Shown: piece after piece, positions 1 to 15,990 of the stretch
Layout of the letters: every line of letters starts with the position of its first letter
Position numbering within the stretch: position 1 is the first letter of the stretch
Made by a program: the position numbers and the translations under genes
From: Spirochaetia bacterium
GTDB lineage: Bacteria > Spirochaetota > Spirochaetia > SZUA-6 > Bin103
Direction of reading: 5' to 3'
Length of the DNA stretch: 64,000 nt
Assembly: GCA_965203515.1 (NCBI GenBank)
Contig: OZ241907.1
Span: 640,001 to 704,000 of the forward strand
Notes under the pieces: model-generated
Told to the model about the DNA's origin: nothing
The model's database searches: none
Seen by the model: the letters and a program-made list of their open reading frames with translations, nothing else

Positions 1-110
1 AGCAGGCCGCGGAAGAACAGGTAGCCCTCGTCGGCCATGCGCCGCCGCAACTCGCCGGCGTCGGCCAATGCGTCGTTGGAGACGCGAAACTCGCCAAAGT
101 TCTCGATCAT
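1..110 (-). CDS. Phytanoyl-CoA dioxygenase (PhyH) family protein, N-terminal part (runs off window)
   Basis: Manual translation from ATG at 110: MIENFGEFRVSNDALADAGELRRRMADEGYLFFRGLL; the 'DEGYLFFRGLL' segment is typical of PhyH N-termini. Not in the ORF track. Confidence 0.7.
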   Translation of the reverse strand, partial: MIENFGEFRVSNDALADAGELRRRMADEGYLFFRGL

Positions 111-148
111 GGTCCGATTATGCCACGAAACGCGCGCCGCCGCGCCGG

Positions 149-733
149 TCAGCCGCCGCCGAGGTACTCCACCCGCACCTCCTCGAGCAGGATCCCCCAC
201 GTCTTGCCCGGATGATCGCGCAGGTCGTGCACCACCAGGTCGAAGGTCACCTGCGCGATCCGACCGGCGCGCACCTCGACTGCGGTCCGAGCCGGCGTCA
301 GCTCAAGCGGCACCTCCACTCGGTGGCCGCCGCGCACCACGCCGCGGGCGCCCGAGGCCAGCACCTCCGCCGCGTCGTACCGGCCGGCGGGCGCGTGCTC
401 CCGGACCAACTCGACGGTCGCGCCGTCCTGGTAGCGCGTCAGGTCGATCTCCTGCGGAGCGGCTGCGATCGACAGCCAACCTTCATCCGTACGGGCGCCG
501 CGGCGGTGCAGGCGCACGCCCTCCACCGTGACCACCAGCGCCGTGAAGTCGTCGATCGCTTCGCGATGGTCGGTGATCAGCACGACCACCTCGCCGGTAT
601 CCGCCTCGCCGGAGGCGGACGCCGCAGCCGGGGACGCGCTCAGGAGACTCAGGAGCACGGCGCCGATCGTCGGGGCGTGCCGGCGCCAGAGCCGTGCGCC
701 GCACCGGCGCCGTGTAGGGAAGTGCCGTATCAT
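149..733 (-). CDS. Secreted DUF4382-like protein
   Basis: Signal-peptide-like hydrophobic stretch, then 'VLITDH..AIDDFTALVVTVEGVRLH', 'IDLT', 'PAGRY' pattern of DUF4382 proteins; true start uncertain. Confidence 0.6.
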   Translation of the reverse strand: MIRHFPTRRRCGARLWRRHAPTIGAVLLSLLSASPAAASASGEADTGEVVVLITDHREAIDDFTALVVTVEGVRLHRRGARTDEGWLSIAAAPQEIDLTRYQDGATVELVREHAPAGRYDAAEVLASGARGVVRGGHRVEVPLELTPARTAVEVRAGRIAQVTFDLVVHDLRDHPGKTWGILLEEVRVEYLGGG

Positions 734-894
734 CGGTGGGTCGTCTGCCGGGAACGCGGGGGCGCCGACGGTGCGGCTCCGCGCGGCCGAAAGTATAGAC
801 TGCCGGCATGGCAGGCACGAAACGGCGCGTCGGCCGGACCGACTCTCAGCGGCGGCGAGCGGCGGCGCTCCCTGACGCGCCCATGAGCTAGCGC

Positions 895-1842
895 TTGCCT
901 CCGTTCGCCGTCGGCGTCGTCCTGTTCTCGACGATCCTGCACGCCGGCTGGAACCTGATCGCCAAGCAGCGCAGCGACTCGTGGACGACGATCCTGCAGA
1001 TACTGGCGGCGATCAGCGTGCCCGGTCTCCTGATCGCGGTGTCGACCGAGCTGCTCACCACCGGCCTCCTGCGCCACGTCTGGCCGTTCCTGCTGGGCGC
1101 CGGTTGCGCGCAGGCGGTCTACTTCCTGGGGCTCACCCTGGGGTACCGCGCCGGCGACCTGGGTACCGTCTATCCGGTGACGAGGGCGTTGCCGGTCCTG
1201 GTTCTGGGAGGCTTCGATCTGGCGCGGAGCCTGTCGCCCAGCCCGACCGGGTGGCTGGGACTCGCCCTGGTGGCGGCCGGCTGCATCGTCATCTCCGGGG
1301 CCGCCGGTGCGGACCGGGGCGTGGCGGTTCGCGGCCGGCTCGCGCGTCGGCTGCATCCGACGATCGGGTGGGCGGCGGTCGCCGCCGCCGGCACCGTGGG
1401 CTATACCGCGTTCGACAAGCTGGCGGCGGAGGTCCTGAGCCGCCAGTCGGGGGGCGGGCTGCTGGACGCGTTCCGGTACGGACTCTGGGAGTTCGTCATC
1501 TCGACCGTCCTGTACGCGGCGCTGCTTGCGGCGGCCATGCGGGTCAGCGCCCGCCGGCAGGCGGTGGCGCCGGCCGCGGCGCGGCGGCTTTCGTGGCGGA
1601 CGCTGGCCGGCGATTGGCGTACGGCGGCGGGCGGCTTTGGCATGTGCGGCGCCTATACGCTGGTGCTGTGGGCGTATCAGCTTTCCGAGCGCGCCAGTTA
1701 CGTGGCGGCCCTGCGGCAGTTCAGCATCGTCCTGGGCGTGGTCGCCGGCGCCGTGCTGATGGGGGAGCGGGCGCCGGTCGTGCGCATCGGCGCGGCGGTC
1801 GTGATCTCGGCCGGCATCGCCCTGGTCTCCGTGGCGCCGTAG
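895..1842 (+). CDS. DMT/EamA family transporter
   Basis: About 10 TM segments; 'LHAGWNL', 'GDLGTVYPVTR', 'ASYVAALRQFSIV' motifs; TTG start. Confidence 0.85.
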   Translation: MPPFAVGVVLFSTILHAGWNLIAKQRSDSWTTILQILAAISVPGLLIAVSTELLTTGLLRHVWPFLLGAGCAQAVYFLGLTLGYRAGDLGTVYPVTRALPVLVLGGFDLARSLSPSPTGWLGLALVAAGCIVISGAAGADRGVAVRGRLARRLHPTIGWAAVAAAGTVGYTAFDKLAAEVLSRQSGGGLLDAFRYGLWEFVISTVLYAALLAAAMRVSARRQAVAPAAARRLSWRTLAGDWRTAAGGFGMCGAYTLVLWAYQLSERASYVAALRQFSIVLGVVAGAVLMGERAPVVRIGAAVVISAGIALVSVAP

Positions 1843-1909
1843 CGCGGCGGCCGTGCAGGTCAGCGCCCGCCGGTCGTCCCATGCAGTCGTCCGTCGCTGC
1901 GCGCGCCGG

Positions 1910-3361
1910 TCAGTCCGGGAGCGCCGGACGCGCGGCCGACCAGGGCCGGGCGGACTCGAATGCGGCGGAGGCGGCCAGTACGGTCATCTCGTCCTCCATG
2001 CCGCCGGCGATCTGCAGGCCGATCGGCAGGCCGGCCGAGTCGAAGCCGCATGGCACGGTGGCCGCCGGGTTGCCGGACAGGTTGAACAGGTAGGTGAACG
2101 GGGTGAAGCCGAAGCGCCGGTGGGCGACCGGCGCGCCGCCCACGGTCTGCGGGTACTCGCCGATCGCGAACGCCGTCGTGGCGGTGGCCGGCGTCAACAG
2201 CAGGTCATAGTCGGCGAAGAAGCGCGCCGCGTGCGCACGGTACCGGCCGACCTTGTTCATGCAGGCCAGATAGTCGGTCCCTTGCGAACGCCTGCCCCGT
2301 TCCAGGTCCTCGGTGAAGTAGTCGGTGAGGCGCGCGGCCTTCTCCGGGTCGTGGAGCTGATCGCTCCATCGTCCGTACGCCCTGATGCAGAACAGATCGA
2401 GAAAGGTGCGGGCGATCGCCGGGTGCTCGTCCGGGGCGTACTCGACCTCCTCGACGCGCGCTCCGAGCCCTTCGAAGACCCGCGCGGCGGCCGCCACCGC
2501 CGCCGTCACCTCGGTATCGCAGCAGGCGCCGCCCATGCCGCTGGTGTCGAGCCCGATGCGCGTGCCGGAGACCCCGCGCGCCAGGGCCGCCGTGAAGTCG
2601 GGCGGCTCATCCGCAAGGGTGCCGTATTCGGCGTCCTCGGCCGGTCCGGCCAGCGCGTTGAGGAGTAGGGCCGCATCCCTGACGGACCAGGTCATCGGCC
2701 CGACGGAGGAGTTGTTGAAGATGCTGTGGGAGTGCTCGTCGACGTGCCGGCGCGGCACGCGGCCTTGCGTCGCCTTGATCCCGTAGATGCCGGAGAGCGA
2801 GCCGGGGATGCGGATCGAACCGCCGCCGTCCGAGCCCTGGGCGACCGCCGTGATGCCGGCGGCCACGGCGACCGCCGCCCCGCCGCTGGAGCCGCCGGGC
2901 GTGCGGGTCGGGTCCCAGGGGTTGCGCGCCGGCCCGAACACCCGGTTCTCCGTCGTGGCGTCGTGCCCGTGCTCCGGGGTGTTGGTCTTGCCGACGATGA
3001 TGCCGCCGGCGGCGCGCACGCGGTCGGTGCACATCGCGTTCGCCGGCGCGATTCCGTCGTCGACGAGCGACCCTTGCGAGAACCGGACGCCCTGCACGCC
3101 TTCCAGGTCCTTGATCGGGACCGGTATGCCGTGCAGCGGCCCGAGCTCGAGACCTCGCATGACCGCGTCCTCGGCGGCGCGGGCTTCGTCCATGGCATGG
3201 TCGGCCATGACCGTAACGAAGGCGCCGAGCGGCTCGTTGAGCCGTTCGATGCGGTCGAGCGTAAACTCCATCAGCTCGACCGGCGACAGCCGCCTGGCGG
3301 CGATCAGGCCGCGCAGCACGTGCGCGGGGGTGTAGGCGAGATCAGGGCTGGACGCCGGCAT
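1910..3361 (-). CDS. Amidase signature family enzyme
   Basis: '[13 protein letters not shown]', 'GGSSGG', '[11 protein letters not shown]' (Ser-cisSer-Lys triad). Confidence 0.92.
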   Translation of the reverse strand: MPASSPDLAYTPAHVLRGLIAARRLSPVELMEFTLDRIERLNEPLGAFVTVMADHAMDEARAAEDAVMRGLELGPLHGIPVPIKDLEGVQGVRFSQGSLVDDGIAPANAMCTDRVRAAGGIIVGKTNTPEHGHDATTENRVFGPARNPWDPTRTPGGSSGGAAVAVAAGITAVAQGSDGGGSIRIPGSLSGIYGIKATQGRVPRRHVDEHSHSIFNNSSVGPMTWSVRDAALLLNALAGPAEDAEYGTLADEPPDFTAALARGVSGTRIGLDTSGMGGACCDTEVTAAVAAAARVFEGLGARVEEVEYAPDEHPAIARTFLDLFCIRAYGRWSDQLHDPEKAARLTDYFTEDLERGRRSQGTDYLACMNKVGRYRAHAARFFADYDLLLTPATATTAFAIGEYPQTVGGAPVAHRRFGFTPFTYLFNLSGNPAATVPCGFDSAGLPIGLQIAGGMEDEMTVLAASAAFESARPWSAARPALPD

Positions 3362-3531
3362 GGATCGACCTCCGCATCGCGGGTGGACTGGACGGCGCCG
3401 GTGACGGGGTTGCCCGGACGCCGCCGATATGCGCTATCATGCACCATGACAGGGCACACCCGCTGAGCGTCATCCTTCCTCCCAAAGACTGCTCCGCTCC
3501 CGCGGTAACGCCGCCTGTCGAAGTCGAGCCA

Positions 3532-8223
<4,692 letters not shown>

Positions 8224-8273
8224 CCTTGTCGGTTGTGACAAGGCAATCGGCTGCGTTTCGCTCAGGAGGAGTC

Positions 8274-8942
8274 GTGAAGAAAACCGGTACCCCGATCGTC
8301 GTTCTCCTTGTCGCGCTTGCCGTGATCGCCGGATGCAGGGTGGAGATGGAGGTTACCGTTACGCTGACCGATCTGCTAGAGGAGGCTGAATCGAAGTTCA
8401 TCATGGCCGATCTCTACGCCGAAGTCGCGGCATGCCGGGACTTCGAGGATTCGAGGAAGCTGTCGAGCTCGCTGCTCGAAGCTCGGGAAACGGTGCCTCG
8501 AGTGTTCGCGGACGCCGAGTTCGTGGATTGCTTCTCGGTGCAATTCGATTCGCTTGCGCGGTTTACCGTTCCGGTCATGCTCGACAAGGAAAATGACCAG
8601 CAGTGGGGTTCGGATGCGCATGTCAACATCCGTTCCTATAAGGAGACGTTGGAGATGTGGGTGGACGTTCCTCCGGCGATCAGAACTGCCCTGAAGGACG
8701 TGGAACGAGAGAGTCTCCAGTCCATTGACCTGGGCATCGAGATCACGGTAGTCAACGATTCAGGCGCGGACTATGAGCTTGCAGTCATAGCGGCTTATGT
8801 CGACGGTGAGGCATATACCATTCAACGGTTTACGTCCTTGAAGGGCCGTTCGTTCGAAGTCGTATTGTCGGACGTGTCGGTGAGCCGTGCGTTGGAGGTC
8901 GGCGGCGTGATGGTACTCTACGGCCGCCCGTCGACGTCATAA
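8274..8942 (+). CDS. Hypothetical lipoprotein
   Basis: AGGAGGA SD before GTG 8274; MKK + hydrophobic core + 'IAGC' lipobox; lower GC than flanking genes. Confidence 0.75.
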   Translation: MKKTGTPIVVLLVALAVIAGCRVEMEVTVTLTDLLEEAESKFIMADLYAEVAACRDFEDSRKLSSSLLEARETVPRVFADAEFVDCFSVQFDSLARFTVPVMLDKENDQQWGSDAHVNIRSYKETLEMWVDVPPAIRTALKDVERESLQSIDLGIEITVVNDSGADYELAVIAAYVDGEAYTIQRFTSLKGRSFEVVLSDVSVSRALEVGGVMVLYGRPSTS

Positions 8943-8972
8943 CAAAATTTGTCTTTCCTGCACGACTGATCG

Positions 8973-10433
<1,461 letters not shown>

Positions 10434-10463
10434 CCGGCTAGCGCCGGTCGCGCCGGCAGACGC

Positions 10464-11348
10464 TCAGTACGTCAGCAACAGGCGATCCGCCACGACCTCC
10501 GACTCCAGGGTCTGGCCATCCATCTGAAAGCGCCGCAGCATCGATCTACCGGTCTTGACCAGAATCTGCCGTTCGAATAGCCCTACCGGAATGGGAATAT
10601 GGCAGTTCTTCTTCCCGGACTTCTTGGTACCATCGATGCTCAGAGCGACGCGGACGCCTCGCTTCTTGCAGCGTTCGATCGACTCGAACAACTGAACGAT
10701 ACTGAAGTCCTGGGCGCCATACAGAATAGCTTGACTGTGGGTATACGGAGGATCGCAATAGACCATATCGCCGGCCACGCAGCGCTCCATTACGTCGGCA
10801 TAATCGGCGCGGATAAATTCGGTTCCCTGTACTCTCACGTGCCATTCATCCACCCTCTTGGCGAAATTACGAGGCTCGATGGGCCGATGAATGCCTACCG
10901 GCGTAGACATGTAACCGTCGTGCTTCCTGAACCTGATGACGCCGCCGTAGCAAGCGCGGGTGAGATACAGGAAGTCGGCTCCATTCGACCGGGCGTTGTA
11001 TGACGCCTTGATCTCTTCATACCGCTCCGTCTTGTCCCCTGACATGGCATACTGCCAGCGCTGCTCGTACCATCCTTTGACCACGGCGGGATCGGACTGA
11101 ATCATGCTCCAGATTTCGATCAAGGGCGCGAATGAGTCCGAGCCCACGCCGCGATCCGGCGCTACCGTGGCCAGGATTGAACCGCCACCGACAAACACAT
11201 CGTAAAAGGCTCGCATTTCGGCCGGGAAATAGGAGGTAATCTCCTCCGCGACATTGTACTTGTTGCCGATCCACTTGAGCAGCGACCCGTTCGGCCGGAC
11301 GTACGCCGGTCGCCCGAACAGGTCAATCGGTGTCTTCGGTGCGTCCAT
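10464..11348 (-). CDS. DNA adenine (N6) methyltransferase, Dam/D12 class
   Basis: 'LLKWIGNK', motif I 'DVFVGGGS', motif IV 'YCDPPY'; ATG 11348 preferred over TTG 11384. Confidence 0.9.
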   Translation of the reverse strand: MDAPKTPIDLFGRPAYVRPNGSLLKWIGNKYNVAEEITSYFPAEMRAFYDVFVGGGSILATVAPDRGVGSDSFAPLIEIWSMIQSDPAVVKGWYEQRWQYAMSGDKTERYEEIKASYNARSNGADFLYLTRACYGGVIRFRKHDGYMSTPVGIHRPIEPRNFAKRVDEWHVRVQGTEFIRADYADVMERCVAGDMVYCDPPYTHSQAILYGAQDFSIVQLFESIERCKKRGVRVALSIDGTKKSGKKNCHIPIPVGLFERQILVKTGRSMLRRFQMDGQTLESEVVADRLLLTY

Positions 11349-11358
11349 CGGCTCTCTT

Positions 11359-11377
11359 ATATCCCATAATGGGATAT
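11359..11377. promoter_or_regulatory. Perfect 9-1-9 palindrome ATATCCCAT-A-ATGGGATAT, candidate operator (C-box) between divergent R-M promoters
   Basis: Read directly. On the minus strand TTGCAA (11384-11379), 17 nt, TATAAG (11361-11356), 7 nt, ATG of the MTase; the palindrome covers the spacer and -10. Confidence 0.65.
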
Positions 11378-11408
11378 TTTGCAACCAAGTGTATCTTCAT
11401 TCTAGATC

Positions 11409-11654
11409 GTGGACAAGTCAATCTACTCTCGTAGACAGGGCGCTTTACAACGGCTTCTGCGACAGGTTCGCACCGAAGCCGGCCTGCGTCAAGTAGACCT
11501 TGCCGCGAAGCTCGGGCAGCCTCAGTCCTTCGTAAGCAAGTGTGAAAGCGGCGAACGCCGCCTGGACCTGCTGGAACTCGAGCAGGTGTGCATCTGTTGC
11601 GGCATCACGCTTGTTGACTTCGTGATTCGTCTTGATGGCGCCGGCGAACGATGA
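11409..11654 (+). CDS. XRE-family HTH regulator, probable R-M controller (C) protein
   Basis: 81 aa; 'GLRQVDLAAKLGQPQSFVSKCESGERRLD' HTH; ATGA overlap with downstream nuclease gene. Confidence 0.85.
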   Translation: MDKSIYSRRQGALQRLLRQVRTEAGLRQVDLAAKLGQPQSFVSKCESGERRLDLLELEQVCICCGITLVDFVIRLDGAGER

Positions 11655-12511
11655 CCGCCGATATCAGATTCCGGAACATGCCCAAGTCTTTCTGGGCAGA
11701 TGTTCGTAGCATCAGCGAATCTGTCGGTTATACCGAGCGTCGCAAGAACTCCATCAGAGTCCCTACTGTCGGTGAAATAAAGCGATCTTACCACAACCTT
11801 GGCTTTGACTTCAGACATCTTTTCGGCAATGATGGGCCGACAGAAATCGGCTCCAGTATTCTCGCCTACTTCACCTATCGGGCGAAGCTCCTCCACGACC
11901 ACGTCGAGCCTCGGTTGATGGACGTCGAGCGTGCGAAATCGGTGTTCGATCGACATTGCATTGAGCTGCACCCAAAGTGCCCCATTCCCATGAACAAGCA
12001 GCGAGGGGAAAAGAAAGCACCTGCGTATTTTACCGGATTGGTAAACATGCTCATCGAATCGCATGCTCGCGGCAACCCTTGCGACTACGATCCGAGAAGA
12101 CTGACCACGGTAACGAAGGACAACGCTCCCTTGCGGACTTTCGCGCGTCGCGTGGATGGAGCTTTTCCATCCGTCGTCGATCCTATCGCCGTTTGGGAAA
12201 TAAAGGAATACTATTACACGACCACGTTCGGCAGTCGTGTCGCCGATGGTGTTTACGAGACGCTACTCGATGGAATGGAACTCGAAGAGTTGTCGAATAG
12301 CGAGGGTATCCGCGTCCGTCACTATTTGATGATCGACTCCCATTATACGTGGTGGATATGCGGACGTTCCTACCTGTGCCGCATGATCGACATGATCCAC
12401 ATGGGATACGTAGAAGAAATCCTGTTCGGGTATGAGGTCATCGAGCGTCTCCCACAATTGGTCGAGGAATGGGTGACCGATTTACAGGCTCGACATGGGC
12501 GATCTGAGTGA
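11651..12511 (+). CDS. Putative type II restriction endonuclease (PD-(D/E)XK-like)
   Basis: 'RRVDGAFP...AVWEIKEY' D...ExK motif; context beside C-protein and MTase; lower GC. Confidence 0.7.
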   Translation: MTADIRFRNMPKSFWADVRSISESVGYTERRKNSIRVPTVGEIKRSYHNLGFDFRHLFGNDGPTEIGSSILAYFTYRAKLLHDHVEPRLMDVERAKSVFDRHCIELHPKCPIPMNKQRGEKKAPAYFTGLVNMLIESHARGNPCDYDPRRLTTVTKDNAPLRTFARRVDGAFPSVVDPIAVWEIKEYYYTTTFGSRVADGVYETLLDGMELEELSNSEGIRVRHYLMIDSHYTWWICGRSYLCRMIDMIHMGYVEEILFGYEVIERLPQLVEEWVTDLQARHGRSE

Positions 12512-12595
12512 TATTCAGTGCGGACCTTCGATTACCAGTTCCGGCAGCGCAGGGAGGTCACGGTATCGGGTCTCAAGGTCTCGACCTCGCGCGTT

Positions 12596-14249
12596 TCACG
12601 GCTCGACCCCGAACGCGCGGCAGACCGCGTCGAGCTTGGCCGCCACCTCGGGATGGATCTCATCGGGCAGCATCGCCGCGGCGATCTCGTGGTAGCGGGT
12701 GTAGGGCAGCCCGTGAATGCCGGCTGCTTCCAGCATCGGTTCGAGCAGGCGCGTGCGCGCCTTGGTCACGTTGAGAAACTCGTGATCGCCGAGCGGCTCA
12801 CGCGTCACGGCCGGCGGGAACTGGTCGTGCCACCAGGCGCGCAGGTCGGCGACGTGCGGCGGCGCGGCGTGCGCGCCGACCTGCGCCGTGACGAATCGCG
12901 CCAGCGCCTGCGGATGCAGCAGGTAGCTCTCGATCTCGTAGCGCCGCCAGCGCAGGCGCTGCAGCCCGGTGCCGGTGATGGCGGTGTCGCCGATTGCCGG
13001 GTGGGCGTCGCCGTCGCGCAGTTCCAGACCGGGAAAGTCGTCGCGCACCAATTGCAGGGCGGCGAAGTGATCGCGCGCGGTGATCCCCCGCCCCGGCTGC
13101 CCCTCACGCGCCTGAAACGCGATCGGCTTCCACATCACCTCCGTGGTCAGCAGCCCCAGCGCCCGGTGCCGCAGCGTCTCCGACCAGGCGCGCAGGATGT
13201 TGAGGTCGGTGTAGTCCTCGACATAGAGAATCCCGCGTACCTGCAGCGCCTGCATGACGTCCGCGTTGCTCAGCACCCGCAACGACGTAATGAGGCGGTT
13301 GCGTTCCTGGCCGCCGGCGATCATCCGCGGTTCGCTCAGCGTGACCATCAGTTCGCGCGGCTCGACGGCGTTGATGACCACTTCCGAATGGGTGGCGGCG
13401 ATGAGCTGCGAGCCGCGGCGGGCGGCGGCGCTGCGCAGCTCATGATAGATCGCGTCTTGCAGGATCACGTGCAGATGGGCGTCGGGTTCGTCCAGCAGCA
13501 GGACGGCGCGGCGCCGGGTGGTGAGAAACGCCAGCAGCATCAGGACCTGTTGGAATCCGCTGCCGGCGCTGGCCACGTCGAACGGCGCCTCCTGGCCGGT
13601 CACGGTGTATTCCGCGCGGATATGCGCGCCGCTGACGTCGGGCGGCAGCAGCCGATAGCCGAACAGCTTGCCGATGGTTGCCTGCAGCGCCTCCCATGCC
13701 GCCGCGTCGCGGTTCGCCTCGGCCAGCAGGTTGCGGAGCACCTCGCCCGGCCGCCCGATGCCGAGCAGCTGTTCGATCTTGGGGGGCTTGCAGCACCGGT
13801 TCGTCGGTGCCGAGGCCGGTCATCGGCGGCACGAACACCACCTGCGGATCGATCCGGCGCAGGTCGCCGGACGAGGAACTCGCCGGTCGCACGTAGATCT
13901 GTTCGCTGCTGTCGGGGATCAACTCCATCGTCACCGCCCAGCCGGCGTCGTGACGCAGCTCGATCTCGATCGGCCCGCGGTAGCGGCGGTCGGTCCACAA
14001 CAGGTCGAAGTTGCGCACCGGCACCGCCGCGAACGCCTGGCGGGCGAGCGGCGCCCGCCGGTAGCCGTTGCGGCGATTGAAGTCGTTGAGCTCGCGCCAG
14101 CGCCGCAGGGCGAGCGCCCATGACGCAACCGCCTGCAGCAGTGTCGTCTTGCCGGTGTCGTTTGGCCCGGCCAGCACGACGTGTCCCGGCAGCCGGAACT
14201 CGACCTCGCCGAACCGCTTGAAGCCGCGGATGCGAACCGACCGGATCAC
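12596..14249 (-). pseudogene. OLD-like ABC ATPase + TOPRIM nuclease, interrupted by a one-base frameshift near 13781-13786
   Basis: 5' ORF: 'IRGFKRF', Walker A 'GPNDTGKT'. 3' ORF: 'SAGSG', 'LLLDEPDAHLH', 'ATHS', TOPRIM 'YVEDYTD', 'RDGD', 'EIESY'. Frames join if one base is removed at the G6 run. Confidence 0.75.
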
Positions 14250-14289
14250 CGGTCAGATACCGCGAGCGGCCGCCGGCGGAGACCCCATG

Positions 14290-15879
14290 CTACATCCCCC
14301 ACACGGTCACCGGCGTGCCGGCGTTCGTCTCGGCGCGGCGGAACAGCTTGTCCTCCCAGGTACGCTCCGGCCGGCGGTCGAACACCACCAGGTGCCCCTC
14401 CGCCGCCGAGCAGCGCTGCAGATAGGCGCGGGTCTGCGCCAGCCCTTCGCGGATGGTTGCCTCCAGCCCCCGCTGCGGGTGCACCACCTTGCACTCGATC
14501 ACGGTCTTGCGCGCCGCGCCCGGTGGTGCCGCCGCCGGCCACACGAGCAGCAGGTCGGTGCGCATCCGCCCCAATCCGTACTCGCGATGGATCATGCCGC
14601 CGCTGTTGACGATGCGCTGCAGGAACGCCTGCAACAGCAACTGCGGCCCCGCTTCCTGGTACTGAAACCGCCGCACCCAGTGTTCCGAGTGCTCCCGGAA
14701 GAACTCCTGAAACGCCCCCAGCAGCTTGGCCACGTCCAACCCACCGCCGGCGTCCAGGTACCACGCCGGCTGGTCGGTGATGCTCGCCTGCACGTGGCTG
14801 GTCAGTTCACGCGGCACCACTTCCGCGTAGATCGGATTGGCCATGCGCAACGGATCGTCGCGTGCGATCAGGCCCAGGTCGCGGACGTATTCGATATCCG
14901 CCGCGGAATACCGGCTTTCGCCGCCGCCGCTGAGCAGCGGCTCGATCACGTGGTGGACGCGCGCCTCCCGGAGCTTGTCGGCAAGTTGGTCGAGATGCGT
15001 GTCGCGGCGCAGGATCAGTTGCTCGCTCGCGCCGCGGATCGAAGCCGCGGTGACAGGGCGCCTGCGGTCGCGTCCGGTCTCGTCTTCGAAGCACGCCTGC
15101 TGGGCGAGCGCGTTCACCAGCCAGGGCTGGCCCTGCGTGAGGTCCCAGACCTCATCGAGCGCGTCCCCGGCCCACTGCTGGCCGGTCTCGGCGGTGTGCT
15201 GGCGCAGCAGCGCGCGCACTTCCGCCGGCGAGAAATCGTCCATGCGCAGGGACTTGACCTTGACGTTGAAGGCGCTGCCGCCGGTAACGATCTCGTTGCG
15301 GCTGGTCGAGCGGATGCGGTAGTCGCGCACGTCGCGCACCCCGCACAGGATGACGCTCTGCGGGAAGCGGCGCGGGCGGCGGGCATAGCCGGTGCGCAGT
15401 TGCCGCAACACCGCGATCAGGGTGTCGCCGATCAGCGCGTCGATCTCGTCGATCAGCAGCACCAGCGGCTTGCGGTCGGCAGCCGCCCAGCGGGCGAGCA
15501 CTTCGCGCAGGCAGTTGTGCGGTCCGGCCCGGGCCAGCGCCTCCGGCCAGGTAGCCGCCGGAAACGAGTCCTCCAGCGTGGCGTACGCTTCATCGGCGAG
15601 CTCGTTGAGGATCGCGCGCATCGCCTCGGCTACTTCCTCACGAGCGGACTGGCCGCTCTCGACGTTCACGTAGACGCAGCGGTACGCGCCGCTGCCGTTC
15701 AGCGCGTCCACCAGCTCCAGCAGGGCCGAGGTCTTGCCGGTCTGGCGCGGGGCGTGCAGCACGAAATACTTCCAGTCGTCGATCAGGGACAGCAACTCGC
15801 TGCGGTTGAGCCGCTCCAGCGGCGGGACGTGGTAGTGCTTCTCCGGGATAATCGGTCCGGCGGTGTTGAAGAAGCGCAT
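14290..15879 (-). CDS. AAA ATPase with C-terminal PD-(D/E)XK-like domain
   Basis: 'MRFFNTAGP', Walker A 'APRQTGKT', Walker B 'LLIDEID', C-terminal 'REY..GRMRTDL...IECK'. Confidence 0.85.
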   Translation of the reverse strand: MRFFNTAGPIIPEKHYHVPPLERLNRSELLSLIDDWKYFVLHAPRQTGKTSALLELVDALNGSGAYRCVYVNVESGQSAREEVAEAMRAILNELADEAYATLEDSFPAATWPEALARAGPHNCLREVLARWAAADRKPLVLLIDEIDALIGDTLIAVLRQLRTGYARRPRRFPQSVILCGVRDVRDYRIRSTSRNEIVTGGSAFNVKVKSLRMDDFSPAEVRALLRQHTAETGQQWAGDALDEVWDLTQGQPWLVNALAQQACFEDETGRDRRRPVTAASIRGASEQLILRRDTHLDQLADKLREARVHHVIEPLLSGGGESRYSAADIEYVRDLGLIARDDPLRMANPIYAEVVPRELTSHVQASITDQPAWYLDAGGGLDVAKLLGAFQEFFREHSEHWVRRFQYQEAGPQLLLQAFLQRIVNSGGMIHREYGLGRMRTDLLLVWPAAAPPGAARKTVIECKVVHPQRGLEATIREGLAQTRAYLQRCSAAEGHLVVFDRRPERTWEDKLFRRAETNAGTPVTVWGM

Positions 15880-15990
15880 CCTCACCTTGAGTGTGCCCCG
15901 TCACCGGTTCCTGTCAACCGCTCCGGCCCTGGGGTCGCTTGCGGTATCATGGCCCGCATCAGCGCTATGACATACGATAAGGAGTAGCCG

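Noticed and set aside
1910..3361. gatA assignment for either amidase
   Set aside because: No gatB nearby and no GatA-specific 'SRYDG' region; generic amidases.
3410..3440. TTGCCC...TATCAT promoter for gltB
   Set aside because: 19-nt spacer; plausible but not supportable from sequence alone.
10464..11348. This MTase as the self-mark for the kinase operon
   Set aside because: It is 40 kb away and has its own cognate C and REase genes; nothing links them.
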